A DNA stretch of 64,000 bases from Lama glama (GCA_028534125.1 CM052817.1:64172001-64236000); one strand, 5' to 3'; shown: positions 50,866-64,000, numbered from the stretch's first letter. The notes: generated by a model from the sequence alone, not told the origin. A program made the numbers and translations.

Positions 50866-51629
50866 TCCATTTTTAATGGGCTTTTTGTTTGTGATTCACA
50901 CTGAAGTCCGCACAAAGATCAGATTGTTTCCAAACACTCTTCTGTGCTCCCTGGCTGTACACAGAGAGCTCCATGGACAACAGGGACAGTTATCTGGGGA
51001 ATTCAGCAAAACAAGCAAACCAACAACACACCTGCGCCTGAAATACTGAGCACTCCCTCCCCAAAAGCAAAAAAAAAATTGCCTTTGATTGCCTGACCAG
51101 CCCAACTGTCAGTGGATTCCTGGATCACGGTCCTCTCTGGGCTTAATTTGGAGGGTGAGAATTTGGCTTCTGAGACAAACTCATTTTCATACTTTTAGTC
51201 TCCCCAGCCTGCAGGGGCAGTTTTAATTGAGAGGCCTTCAACTGTTTCCATGGAAACGACCATCATTTGGGGGCCGAGCTGGACTGCAGATTCTACTCAT
51301 TTAATCCTATGTTCCGGCAAAAGATAGGGCTGGAGAGAGATACTGAGAGCCTGCAGGAAACAGTATTCTGCAGAGCATGGAAAAGACTACCAAGAACTTT
51401 ATTTTAATGGATTCCAAATCTACACAGGTAGTTATCCGTTGGAAACTAATTAGAATCTTCAAACACAAAATGTGGATGTCAATGCCCAATGCCCGCTTTT
51501 GTTTCCCTTTGGGTTAGGGTTACTTACCCAGGCGGAGACCAAAAAAAAAAACAAAAAAAAAAAAACCTTACTCTTTGACCTGTGCAATGTTTCCAAATAT
51601 TCACTGAAGAGCAGTCTTACTGTTTCTGA

Positions 51630-51631
<2 letters not shown>

Positions 51632-51688
<57 letters not shown>
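51632..51688. repeat. Compound (CA)n(GA)n microsatellite
   Basis: An uninterrupted CA run is directly followed by a GA run. Confidence 0.95.
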
Positions 51689-51694
<6 letters not shown>

Positions 51695-52189
51695 TGCTGA
51701 ACATAATTCTGGCAACAAAGAGTTTGGATTACAAAAATGATGGGGAGTTGACAGTTTGGCCTTCTGTTGTCTCAAAGATGGGGTCTTTGACTGGACTTCT
51801 TAATTCTGTTAAACTCAACTTGACAAATGAGTAAGAAGTGCCAGAACATGCCGGCTGGCGAAGAATTATAATTAAAGCTTGTAGCTGACAAGAAGCCGGA
51901 AGAAAAAAAAAATCTAAGATTACAGTTAAGTCTGCCAAGTGCTTTAAAATAGACATTCAGATTTGTGGTAAATCCTTAGGAATGCGTAAGCACCCGGCTG
52001 CAGACACCTCATCTTCTGGGAACCTGTGGGCACCACCCTCTCCTTCGGGGAACAGCACCTCCCTCCCCCTTCTTGTAAGGACTCCCTCTCCCCAGATCGG
52101 CTCCATCAGCCCCTCAGAGCTTCCAGCTCTCACCTGACCCCACTGCTCCGGGGAGAGTTGGGAAGCCCCAGATTCCCATCCTCAGACAC

Positions 52190-52465
52190 TAGGACTTAGA
52201 ACAGGGTCTGTCTCTAGTGGCTGAAGCTGTAAAAGGCCCCACTCGGGAGCCATGCGCAGTGAGTTTTTCACCTTGTGGAGAGAGTCAGTCTGCAGTGAGA
52301 GAGGCAGCCAGTGCTTAGGAAGAAACAAAGAATAAGGGGGGAGAGAGAAAATCCTGCCAGTGTTAGAATCCCTGGCTTGAGCATGGGTGCTCTGAGCCAC
52401 TCCAGGATCCTCAGACCTCAGGATTGCATGGACTGGCTCAGTCTGGATCTGCATTTACATCTGAG
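52190..52465 (+). mobile_element. MaLR LTR fragment (MLT1J/K-like)
   Basis: tggctgaagctgtaa...gagagtcagtctgcagtgagagaggcagcca...ttagaatccctggctt. Confidence 0.5.
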
Positions 52466-54019
52466 GAGTCTGGATAACTATGCTTCAGTGCGGCACGTAG
52501 GCATCTCTCTCTCTCACATACACACCCCCACCCAAAACTAAAGCTCACAATCTCTGCTGGAAAAAAAGTGTTGGGGGTAGGGTGGGAAGCAGACGAGGGG
52601 CAGAGGGAAGTTTTATTTAATAAGTTACTCAACTGGTTGGTATCTGCAGGCAATAACTGAGTCCGTGTGAATGACTTCCTTCCGGCTGACTCACTATCCG
52701 TTCAGCATCACCAGTGAAACAATCCGTTCGGAATGGAACTTTTAGGTGTTTTGTCTATATTGCTGATAATTCTTACATGATTTAAGGTCCAGTTCTCCAC
52801 ATTAACGTGAATGTTCATTTCCTTGGTTTAATGAACTTTTTAGGACTCAAACTGATTGGGAACAAAATGCAATTTGTCTTTTGGCCACTCTTCTCTGTAC
52901 CCAGAACCTGCTGCTTCTGCTGCACACACAGAGCCTGTCTATACCCTGGTAGTAAGCCCTTCTCCTCCCACCTGAATCCTAGCAGAGCCCTGGGAGTTAA
53001 AGACGGCAAGGGTACTGGACTTGGTGTGTAAAGCCAGAAAATATCATCCTATGAAGCTGAATCTAGCTGGAATTAGAATAAATGAGTGAGACGTGGAGCC
53101 ACTGTCCACAGGTCCTTATTCCCTAAGTCATTTGTTTCCGGTGACATAAAGGCGGAGTTCGGAACAGCAGCAGCAGGGACAGAAAGGGAAAGAGTCAGAA
53201 TGAGAGACCGAGCCAGAGACCAAGACAGCAGGTCACAAGAAGAATATATTCAAAAACTACAGACTCGAGAATGTAGGAGGATTTCCTATACACGTATTCT
53301 TTAGTAACAAAGATTATATTAAGAAAACCTCACATAAATGAACATAAGAATTCTTTCTCTTCATACTGAGTATTCCTATATGTTTAGTCTCGTGACCCTC
53401 AGTCATCTCCTCGAAGTCTGCAGCTGTTGCTGCAGCAGGCAGCAGAGGCAAAAACAAACTGACCGTAACAAAGTGCTGCTAGAGAGACAAAATGAGTAGC
53501 AGTCAATTTAAAAAGTTGAAACAAATATTTTCTGCAAATTAGCCATTCCACAAATTGGCTATTAGACAATTAGCTCTCGGCATATCAATTTGGAGGCTTT
53601 AAGAGATGATCCTCTAGTGAAAATAGATTCCCAAGATCCCTCAGGTACTAGACAGGATCTCTCAGAACTTAGCAAGGAGACCAATATGCATCTAAGAAGA
53701 AATAAGGCATATTAATGAAACACGTCTCAGGCAGTATCAGGTAACAGAAGTTGAGAGTGCCAACAAACAAAACAGGTATTGATGTGCACCTGTTACTGTA
53801 CAAGGGAGACTCTGAAATCTCAGCCACTTAGGGAAGCCAGCTCTAGAGGTTGGCAGAGAGAGCATTCCAGTCAGCCTTCTTCTGCACAAACCATCCTGTT
53901 CTCAAGCCACCTGGCTCACCTGCCATTTCCCTGGAATCCAGAAAAAGGGTGGCCTGGACAAGCGCTAGATGTGGGCAGACAGACAGACAGACAGACAGGA
54001 TCCTGCAATACAGACTACC

Positions 54020-54240
54020 TTGTCTTGAATCTCAGTTCCAGTACTTACTACCTGTGTGATCTTGGTTAAGTTATCAAACCTGCCGAAGCCTCAATTTCCC
54101 TATCTGTGAAATGGTACCTTACACCCCAAGGCTATTATGAAAATACAGGAAATAATCCAAGAAATGCAAACACTATGCTGTTTTGCACATAACAAGAATT
54201 CGGTCAAAGTTCATCATCATCGTCATTATCATCACTATTA
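54020..54240 (+). mobile_element. MIR SINE relic
   Basis: ttgaatctcagttccagtacttactacctgtgtgatcttggttaagtta...gcctcaatttccctatctgtgaaatgg. Confidence 0.75.
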
Positions 54241-55753
54241 TGTTGGACCAAGAGAAAGACATCAGATGCTATCGAAGCACACTGGAGGGGTTTCTAACCC
54301 AGCACCATTGGAGAGGAATCCACTTTGCTCTGGCACTTGCCCTGCCAGACCCCCCTTCTAAGAAAGCCATGGCCACACTGGATGATTGTGCCTAAAGGAG
54401 GTGGCAGTCACCGACTTGCCAATCCATCTTCTTTCTTGACAAATTGGAAATCACCTAAGAGGCACTCAGAGTAAAGGCAGGAGGGAAAGGCCGTGAGTAA
54501 GCAAAAGCCAGGAGCAGGCAGAAGCTGTGAGGGGGAGGAAGCTGAGAGCGCACAGAAGTGGTACAGCGGGGCAAGAGCAGCGAGCAGTCAGCAGCGTGCG
54601 GCCGTGCCCGCGGCCCACTGAACCAGGCCAGGGACCTCACTGCTGCCAAGACGCTGACCAGGCACTCCGGTCACTGAAGATTCACGACTCCTGACTTTCC
54701 AGGTACTACAGCGTGTCCTACTCGCTGTGAAGGCTCGCCCTTCCGTGGTGTGATGAACACGGTACATCTCAGTAAGTATGTGAGAAACCAGCCCACTGTC
54801 CCTCCAGCCTCTGTCTCCTCATTGGCACCTCGTTCATCTGACAATCTCTGGAATTGAAGCAGCTTCTCCCCATGGTTCTGCAATAAAGGACTATGTTCTG
54901 GGTGTAACTAGTTCTTCTTGAAAGAGGTCTCTCCACAAAAGGCAAACAGAGCTCCAGAAGGGTTTCAAACCGAGAAACCTCGGGGGTGTCTGTGGCTCTC
55001 TCCACCAGCGCAGAGCGGCCTGTGTGCCACCTGGCAAGCTTCAGCCTCTTCTCTCTCAAGGCACACAGAAGAGAAAGGCAAAAATAGCATTAACAAGCCC
55101 CTGAGGTCTGGGACTCTTCTGCTTTGGCGTAGACACGCACATTCCTTCCAACGGCTGGACGAGAAACAGAGACAGGCATATGGAATGTGTACCCGAAGCC
55201 AGGCCAGATGGACCCCCTTCGAGATTTATGAGCCTGGATCCTGATTCACCCACCCTCCCTAAACTAGACCCTACTGGGTGGAACTGGCCAACAGTTTTCC
55301 TACAGTAAGATGGAGAGGGGCATCTCCCTACTTGAGAAAGAAAGACAAGATAGAACATTTTAAAGAAAACAAATGACACGGGGAGGGAAGGGTGGTCCTG
55401 GAGAGCGGGTGATGTGGTTTAAAACTGTGTCCACTGGAAGACCAAGATGGGCCACAGGGAAATCTGCCCCTTAACAATTCATGAGCGATTCTCTAATGGT
55501 ACAGGTCAAAGCCACTCTGCAAACCCCAAAGCATCCATCTGTCTAGGCAATTCTAATTGCAGCAGAATCCAGAGAGAGGACATGGAAAAACGGGAGCTCG
55601 CTGGGCCCTGAGCAGTTCAGGGAGCCGTGAGGGCGCAGGGGCCGCATGACTCATGGCCTGGCGAAGAGATGCAATGTTAAAGGAAGACCAGCTGCTTTCA
55701 ATGCACGGGGCTTCCCTTTTTTTTCTTGTCAAAAAAGGTCATCGGTGGGGATA

Positions 55754-55850
55754 GAGGGGTGGATATAACTCAGTGGTAAAGTGAATGCCTAGCATGCACC
55801 AGGTCCTGGGTTCAATCCCCAGTACCCCCATTAAAAACAATTTTGTTTTT
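55754..55850 (+). mobile_element. tRNA-derived SINE, Vic-1-like
   Basis: A-box taactcagtggtaaag and B-box ggttcaatccc. Degenerate TSD aaaaggtcatcggtg / aaaagtcattggtg. Confidence 0.8.
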
Positions 55851-58800
55851 AAAAGTCATTGGTGAGATTCAAGGAATCCCTTCTTGCAGATAAAACATGG
55901 CCCTAATCTGCTTTTGTGGAGACGCTGGAAGAGGAGGGGCAGTCACTTTCAGGTCTCCATAAAATCCTGCAACCAAGCAGCCGACGGGGAGGCCAGCCGT
56001 GCCACATCTCCTCGCTGGCACCATCTCAGGCCAGGAAAGCACCTCACCACCCTGGTGGGAATGACTGCCTCTCTGAACGAGGAAACACAGCCACTTGCAA
56101 GTGTCACTTTTCAGAAGTCTAGCATGTTCCTGGCCACTCCCATTTTCACTTGCATGCTCAAAAGATGAGAGACAGACTCAGGAATGTTCCCAAGTAAAAA
56201 GTTTAAACTGAAATATGTAATAGAGACTCTGATCATGGTGTCCCTATAAACTAAAATGAAAAACACTGAAGTCTAGCCCTAGTGGCAGGTGATCACCATG
56301 TTCCGGGGCTTCAGAGATATACAGCTCATTCAGTTATTGAGCAAAGGGTCTCATGGGGATCACCTGAGAGATGCCAGGTACTGTGTTAGTCACGGGTCAC
56401 TGAGTGAACGTATGGAGATGCCCTTAGGAGCTGGTTCAGAGGGGCGACAGGTAAGTAAGTAGGAGAGCGCTGGGCAGAGGTATTGGCATATGTGTTATGG
56501 GGGTGCAGAGGGAAGGGGCAGAAGGTCATGTCAGCAAGTGTGGAGACAGAGTGGCAGGACCTGGACCACTGAGGGGTCTATGTGCAAGTGTGACACATGG
56601 GCAGAGGAGACTAAGTGGTTGGCAGGGCAGGGCCGGGATTGAATCTGAAGGCATTTCAAGCAGAAGGCAGCCCAGGTCATTTGTTCATTTAGAAAGCTCA
56701 CTCTTCCTTGGACAGCAGGTAGGCGCTAAGGAAACAGCCGTTGGCTCAGTAGGTGGTGATGTGGGCGGGCGGGGCTGAACAAAAGCCAGACAAAAATCAC
56801 AGGAGAGCGACACAACTGAACACTGACCCTATGCCAGCACCGGGAGACCTGGATTATTTCCCCCCAAGTAAAACTTCCAGGTTGGACTGCTACCCAGGGC
56901 AAGACGCACACCCAGAGATGGAGTAACTTGCTAGGTGATCCTGGTGAGAAAGTGGCAGAGCAGGGATCTGAGCCCAGCCACTTGACCCCAGAGCAGGCAG
57001 CACTGGGCAAGAGGATTCTGACTTCCAACGCAACATCGTACACTTGTCCTATAATGTTAAGTATGAAAAGTGATGTCAGAGCGATAGTCTTACCTCAGAC
57101 CGCACTGATCACGATCTGAAAACCAAAGTGAGTAGGAGACAAGACCTCTCCCCACGGCCCCTACAGACAAAACTGCCCACAGACAAAGACCCCAGCGAAA
57201 TCAGGGGGATAAAAAGTGGCTAAAGGGAGGACTCGGTGAGGGAGCAGATTCCTCTGGGGAAAGCAGTTGCTGCGCTGTGTGACTCCACTCCCCGGGGAAT
57301 GAGCCGATTTCTTTTTATCCAAAACCCACTGTAGAGTTTCAGGAGGACCACTGAGGAAGCTCTGAGACATCGCGATTAGGGCCTGCGTCTGCCAGGAAGG
57401 AGGCTGTGGGCTTGAGGTCTGACCCCTGCCTTAGGGGGCGAGGAGGGAGCCAGGGCAGACGAGGGCTGTTCTGGCGGGACTGGCCTCACCCCCAGATGAG
57501 CGTGCCCAGGAGAAAACATGAGGGCAGCACCAGACAGGCAGCTTGGGGTGAGAAGAAGAGATCTCAGAAGGCAGAGATTGGAGGAGCACTGGCTGAGGGA
57601 GATGGCAGGTCTGGGCACGGCTACCAGGCAGCCACCCAGAATGGTGATGCCCATCAGGTTGAAGGGACTCACAGGGAAGCTTCAGAAAGGCCAAGACATC
57701 ACTCCTTTACCATCTGCCAGGCCTGGAGGGCAAAGCCTCACCCCCACCCCTCCCTGGCAGGAAGTGGGCAGAAGAAGCTCTGGGGGGCGGGGACATGGTG
57801 ACAGGAGGAAGCAGGGGGCGAAGGCCTCACCCCCTTCCTCCCTTCAGGGGCCCAAGGCTGACAGAGCCGGGCAAAGGGGAGTATTTTAATGCAAAGTGAG
57901 GTTTGGGGCTGCGATCATTGTGGAGCCCTGGCTAATAACTGGGCCTGGCCTTGTCCCTCAAAATGAAGGCAGGACTTTGGCACCTGAGGGTGAACAACAA
58001 AGGCACTGCATTTTTGACCCACCTGAATTTTCATTCCAGAGAAACTCCTCTGAAAAAAGTTTACAGGGACATTCAAAAAGAGAAAAAAAAAGTTGTTGCT
58101 TTTTTTGTCAACTTATTTCCCATATCTGCTGAATATACTGATCACAGCACGTCAGACTGTACGCTTTCCAGTACTTCGATAAAATTTTTAGCTGCAACAG
58201 AGAGCATAAGAAGATGACATGGACAATTGAAAAAGAGAGATGCAAGCTTGCTACATTTCAGTCAATAATAGGAAACCTTCAAAAGTAGCTTCAGCATCTC
58301 AGAAATGTCTTAAAGTAGCCTCTCAGCCGAGGCATACATTTTCTGTTTGAGTTGTCTGGGTAAGCACTGCCACCTACCCTGGCCCCCTGGCTCCAGAAAC
58401 TTGACCACCCCTGCTCCAAATGCCTGAATCACTGAGTCTCCTTGCCTCATTTTTCCTTCCTGGGAAAATACGGAAAGTTCTTCCAAGGTGAGTCTACGCT
58501 ATGATCGTGACAGGAAGCCACTGGAGAGTTCTGAAGGGAAAATGATAACTACAGAGAGTGGCTGGAGGGAAAAGCCTCCAGGGAGGAATCATCCTTGTCC
58601 CCAGGAAAGCCAGGGAGAAGAGCAACACGCGTTGGAGCTCTTCTCATTCCCACTGTGACTCCTGGGGTCAGGGCGGTGCCCCAGCCCTTCCCTTCTGGCT
58701 GCTCCCTACAGAGCCCAGCTGGGTGAGCGCGATGGGGAACCAGGGAGGGGACTTGGGGATGGAGGCCCCATGGAGTCTTTTATGATGTATAAAGCTCTCC

Positions 58801-59454
58801 TGCGTGTTCCCATTCATTCAGTCACAAATACCAGGGCATCCACGGCACAGGAGGTGAAGTGCCAGAACTGAGCATCAAGGGGTGACGAAGACAGGCTCCT
58901 GCCCTCAAGGAGTTTTCGGTCAGACAAGCCAGGCCCAGTTCACCCTCTGCCCAGGGGGCTGGGGCTGGAGCTGTGTTAGAGGTGGCAGCAGGAGCAACAG
59001 GAACCAGGAACTCGCACTGAGGACCAGGGTAAAGCTGTCTCCCCACCCTCCACCAGCTCTGCCGCAGCACCCTCACTTGCGGTAGGTAGTGCCATATCAC
59101 TGCCCCTCGCCCCGCCTAAGAACTGAGTAATAAGCATAAACCTTGGGCAAAACAGAAAAGGAAAGAAAGATACCCCTAATTTTTCCATGAATCAAGACAA
59201 TCATGTATAGAGTTCCACTTTTATCCCAAAAATAAGTGTTTTTTCCCCGATATCCAGAATTAGTGGATGTTAGAAATGTGCTGTTTCTAACACTGTACCG
59301 TTATCATATCAGACGTCGGAAACCACATGTAATTTTACTTCCTTTTAGACTGTAAGAACTGTTAATACAGTATGCTTACTTGACATCTGAGGTGACTATT
59401 GATTTCTATACTGAATGATACAGCCAGGGTTTTAAAAAATGCTTTCATCTTACC

Positions 59455-60620
59455 TTTGTTCATTCATTCTTTCATCCGCATTATTTCTTGATCATCTACT
59501 ATATGCCAGTAAACGTTCTAAGTACCAGAGTGTAGCAGTTAAAAAAAAAAAGTCCCTATTTATATTTGTTTTTAAAAGTCCTTGTTAGCAAAGAAGTAAT
59601 AAGTCCTATGAAAACACAGAGGGGAAAAACACAGGAAAGGAGGAAGAAAGTGCTGAGAGTGGATGAGAGTGGTTTTAAACAGGCCAGGAAGGCCTACAAA
59701 TAAAGGTGAAGTTAGAGCAAAGACCAGGAAGTAAAGGAAAGCGCCACTGTGGACCTATGGGGGAGAGAATGCCAGGCAGGGGAAGAGCAGTGCAAAGGCC
59801 CTGGGGTCGGGGGTACATCTAGATGTTGGAGGAACACCAAGCTGCTTAATGGGGGCTAGAGTACATCGGGGGAGGGGACAGTGTTGGAAATAAGGTCTCA
59901 GAAGAAATGGGGCACCATATACAGCTTTGAGTGAGACAGTTCATTGGAGGGTTTGAGTAGAGAAGTGACAGGATCTCTCCCACATTTAAAAGAATCACTC
60001 TGGCTGCTATGGGGAGGTGGCCTGTGGTGGGAGTCAGGGCATAAGAGCAGAGGCAGGGAAACAAACGAGGCTTCTGCCACTAATGCAGGCAAGAAGTGGC
60101 AGCTTAGATCAGGGTATAGCAGTGGAGTGGTGAGAAGAAATCAGATTCTCAATGTAATTTCAAGGCAGAGCTGACAGTATTTGCTGATAGCACAGACATG
60201 CCATTTCCTGCAACTGGGAAGAACACATTTGAGGGAAGAAATCAGGAGTGTTGTTCTGGATCGTTAAAAGCCCGGAGGGCATTTAAGCAGAGATGCTGGG
60301 TAGGCTTCTAGCTATGACAAGTTTGAGGGTCAAATGAGGTCGAGATCAAAGACCTAAATTTGGAAGTCCTAAGTGATGGATGGTGACTAAAGCCCCAAGC
60401 CGGGATGAAAGCTCCTGGAGCATGAGTGAAGACAGAGGAGGTGTCTCAGGACCAAGCCTGGGGCACTCCAAAATTCAGAGGTCCAAGAGGCAAGTTGGAC
60501 CCTGCAAAGGAGTGTGAGAAGGCACTGCTTATGAGGTAGGAGACCAGGAGTGTGTGATATCTTGGAAGCCAAGTGAGGAATGTGTCCCCTGAAGGGAGGA
60601 ATGATAAACCATGCCTTAGT
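59455..60620 (-). mobile_element. LINE-2 relic (~1.1 kb)
   Basis: Reverse L2 3' end ttcattcattc...tactatatgccag, with internal L2 motifs gtgcaaaggccctgggg, tcactctggctgct and ggaagccaagtgagg. Confidence 0.75.
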
Positions 60621-60654
60621 CCTTGCTTTACTGATAAAGGTTTCTGGGTACCTG

Positions 60655-60910
60655 GATGAGAAAATGCTGTGCTCCAGGACCCAGTATGGATTCAACAAGG
60701 GCCAGGGTCAAATAAGTCTTCTGCTGGTTAACAGAGACAAAGACAAGATGCAGAAAGACAATCTGATGTAATGACCAGAAGATGGATTAGAAACTCTTTG
60801 AATGATGACACCCAAGGGCACATGTAAGTGAATGAGTGTCAACCCCAACAGAAATTTCTAGTGACATGTCATTGGGTTCTGTCCCTGGCCTGCCCAACAC
60901 AGGCTTCTAT
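60655..60910 (+). mobile_element. L3/CR1 reverse-transcriptase relic
   Basis: Degenerate RT motifs QYGFNKG (cf. QHGF) and EISSDMSLGSVPGL (cf. SGVPQGSVLGP). Confidence 0.55.
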
Positions 60911-60976
60911 CAGTAATAACTACCCTTGACTTTAATCAGAACAATATAGGAGGTGTGTTAAAACAGAGCCTCCCAG

Positions 60977-61104
60977 AGGGGAGGGTATAGCTCAGTGGTA
61001 GAGTGCATGCCTAGCATGCATGAGGTCATGGGTTCAATCCCCAGTACTTCCATTTAAATAAATAAATAAACCTAATTACCTCCCCTCTCCAGTGGTGGGG
61101 GGTG
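60977..61104 (+). mobile_element. tRNA-derived SINE, Vic-1-like, with an 11-bp TSD
   Basis: ggggagggtatagctcagtggtagagtgcatgcctagcatgcatgaggtcatgggttcaatcccc followed by (TAAA)n and cctaattacctcccc. TSD gagcctcccag at 60966-60976 and 61105-61115. Confidence 0.88.
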
Positions 61105-62494
61105 GAGCCTCCCAGTGTCCACCCTAGACCTTCTGAATCAGAATTTCCCAGGTGGCACTGGGGCATCCACTTGGGACTCTCAGTGATCAACTGCGCGATC
61201 TCAAGCTGCTGCATGGAGAGCAGACAGGAGCGAAGGCACATGATCCAGCCATACCCTCTATAGCGCCTAAAGCACTCTCTCCCTGATGCAGAGGACACCC
61301 TAGAGGGAGGTCAAAGGAGCAAGACTAAGATGGTGTAGGGACTCCACCCAGAGAGAAGCGGGTGTTTAGTCTACAAACTCAGAAGGAACTACACCCCAGA
61401 TACCCCAAAGGGCTGATATGGAGGACTTACTGTGGGATCCAACAGGGTAGACCCACATTCAATGAATGAAAACTAGTAGGACAGGATTCTAATTTGGTGG
61501 GAGGAAGGTCTTTCTAACACAGAAAACTGGAGAGAAGTGATGAGTACTTTGCTATGGGAATTGTTACTTACATGCACTTCAAATTAGCATTGATTGCAAT
61601 GTATTATTTTATGTATATATGCATCTATTTTATATATAGGCATGTCCTTCCTAGAACATAAATTCCCTGAGGAATTACATGTCCAGAGTTCGGCACAAGC
61701 TCTGCCCCATTCTGTACACCCAGTAAGTGTTCTTTGAATGAATGAGTTGATTATGGATGGACATTGCCAAGCCTGTTGTAGAGGTGATTCATGGTATGTA
61801 ATTATTAATGTTCCTTCTAAAACAGCAGATTCTATGATTTCTGAAAAATTGCACACCGTCCCCTGGAGACACACTCATCCTTTGCATCTTGACAATTTGA
61901 AATTTAGATAAAATGAATTATTTAATTATTATGTCTATATTCAACTGTAATATTAGTCCTAGGTTTAAAGCTCAGCCTGGTATTAAGTATGAGGGGTAAT
62001 AATTTTTGCCTCCAATGTTTCTGTTGTCCACATAAAAATGTGCAAAGCCCCGTCTATGAAAGAAACCTGATCTTCCAGCTGTGACCCAGTTTGGGGATTT
62101 ACCCTCTAGGCCTCTTTTCAATTAAATGTCACCACATCTCCATTGGGGGGATTTACTGTTTCTTGGGCTGGTTTGGCCCTGCAGGTGCATACTGCCTGCC
62201 ACACTTGATCGGCCGTGGTTCACCTCAGAACGTTATCCCATCAGAGGCCTGGTCTAGCTTAGAAGTTAACCCAAAGGACTTCAACAGAGCAGCCTCTGCA
62301 GTTACCAAGTCAATCAATGCACATCACATGCTCCTTAAGAGAACCCAAAACCAAGCCAGTTCTCAGTTCATGGATCAGAGCCCGGAACTCTCCTAAACTC
62401 TGAGGCAGCTTTCAAAGCCACCATTCTGCTCGTGTCCCCAACTAGGAGTGGACATACTATGGTAAAGCATCCAGAGGACAAAACCCGGTCTCTA

Positions 62495-63310
62495 GAGAGC
62501 ATTTACCTTATACCAGGCACTGTGTTAGGAGCCATCTCATTCCATCCTCACAGCAATCCTGTGAGGTGACATTACTGTCCCTTGCATAAACGAGGAAAGG
62601 GTATCTCGGAGAAGTTAATGAGGTTGCCCAGTCACACTTTTACATGATGGTCAATGGAGGAGTCAATATTTGAACTCCAGTTTGTTCAGCCCCAGAACTG
62701 TGCTTTTTTTCCTCACAACAACCAGAGCGATTTCAAACAAAAGCCAGATCAGGACACTCCCTTATCAAAGTGCCCTGATGACTTCCTCCCATCCAATTCC
62801 TGCAGGACTCTGCCTACTCTGGGTTCTACCTGCCTCTCCCGCCACACCCCTACTTCTTCTTGCTCTGGCTGTCACCCTTCCAGGCCCACCAGCCAGTCTT
62901 CCTGTTCCTTGGAATCATGAAGTCCCTGACTCAGGGCCATCATACCTGCTATTCCCTCTGCCTGGAACGCTATTCCCTCAGGACTCTGCAGGACCCCACC
63001 CCCCTACCCCCTTACTTTATCCAAGTCTCTGCTCCAGTGCAACCTCCTCTGGGAGCCGCTCCCAATTACTCTGTCTAAACAAGACCCCTGCCCCCTCGCT
63101 GTGTAACTAGCCCTTACCTTACACCTTACGTTTCTCAGGAGCACTCACCCATACCTGCATGTGTACTCTTGGCTAGTTAACTGCTTACAGCCAGTGCACC
63201 TACACCCCAACTAGAACGTAAGCTCCACGGGGCAGGACCCTGCATCGTTCATTGCTGCATCCTCATCCCCATGCCAGGTCCCAGGCACGTGGCCAGTGCG
63301 CACCAAACTG
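62495..63310. mobile_element. MIR (minus, ~62495-62700) followed by LINE-2 (plus, ~62705-63310)
   Basis: MIR: tcctcacagcaatcctgtgaggtg...atttgaactccag. L2: gctattccctctgcctggaacgc...ctagaacgtaagctccacggggcagg. Confidence 0.7.
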
Positions 63311-64000
63311 GGTTGCTGTGTGTCCTTTACCAGCTACCACCTCTGCTTGGTCCCAGCTCACAGAGCTCTGCTACACAGTAGCTGGGTAACCTTGGCCGCG
63401 TAACTTCAAGTCTGCAGAGAAACTACCCTTTACTGATGGTGGCCCTGATGAAAGAGGGAACTGCTGTTCATCCCTCCCTAAAGACCACGTCATCCCCTTG
63501 CTCTGCTATTTCTATGACACTGCCAGTTTTAGAACTTTGTGATTTTTATCAAAGAAGAGACATCTGGGGTAACTGATGAAACAAAAGGATAATTATATTC
63601 CACAAAGAGAAAAAAATCCTTCAAAACAACAAATTGTCTATTTATTGCTAGAACAGACAATTAGTTCATATAATGCCTTCCAGCGTCATTTCAAAGCAGA
63701 TAGAAATGGACTCTGATTAAAGGAGAGTTATAAAAAGCTGTATTATCTGGCACGGAACCAAAGAGAAGGCTTCTAAAAGTGGAATTTCTGAGATTCCACC
63801 AATACAAATCTCCAAGCTTACAAAGGGATTGAGGCAGAAGCCCATCATAATCCAAAAGAAGACCAGTCTTCAACATAAAAGTTTCTAGAGATAAAATTAT
63901 CTGTGTTTGGGGAACTTAATTTGTCTCCCTTCCTGTACAATCACTCCCTGCCTCATAAGGTTGCTGGAAGGTGGTCCATTTTCCATAAAACATTTCACAT

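Noticed and set aside
58020..58050. Possible TSPAN5 exon 2 (minus-strand TGG AAT GAA = WNE)
   Set aside because: The flanking codons do not give the expected LGIGLWAWNEK. I found no exon 2 in the window, so it probably lies beyond 64000.
60977..61050. tRNA gene calls for the A/B-box elements (also 1101, 12981, 46818, 55754)
   Set aside because: They have AT-rich tails, TSDs and divergent copies, so they are SINEs rather than functional tRNAs.
1..64000. Prokaryote-style systems (CRISPR array, operon, defence island) or another novel system
   Set aside because: The window is explained by two spliced mammalian genes plus common interspersed repeats. I saw no repeat-spacer array, foreign insert or unexplained long ORF.

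Overview
Mammalian genomic DNA, probably camelid (Vic-1-like tRNA-derived SINEs), containing the convergent 3' ends of two conserved genes. On the + strand are the last five coding exons and 3'UTR of RAP1GDS1 (SmgGDS, ARM-repeat GEF/chaperone; exons 859-984, 3359-3498, 8966-9092, 12699-12827, 18282-18409). On the - strand are six coding exons and the 3'UTR of TSPAN5 (TspanC8 tetraspanin; 48476-48622, 45030-45200, 42578-42703, 40487-40534, 40281-40397, 37823-37888). The 5' exons of both genes lie outside the window. The rest is intronic or intergenic sequence with L1, L2, L3/CR1, MIR, MLT, Tigger- and Charlie-type repeats, microsatellites and one 500-N assembly gap. Nearly all ORFs in the supplied track are spurious or L1-derived. 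I found no evidence of a new biological system. The best second-look items are regulatory or structural: a near-perfect CTCF motif between the genes, a candidate distal poly(A) site that could give TSPAN5 a ~6 kb 3'UTR, a NAGNAG acceptor in RAP1GDS1, a SINE+L1 composite whose target-site duplication spans the gap, a poly(A)-only insertion scar and several nested insertions. Gene identities and repeat family names come from recognition by memory, not database searches. Repeat boundaries are approximate.
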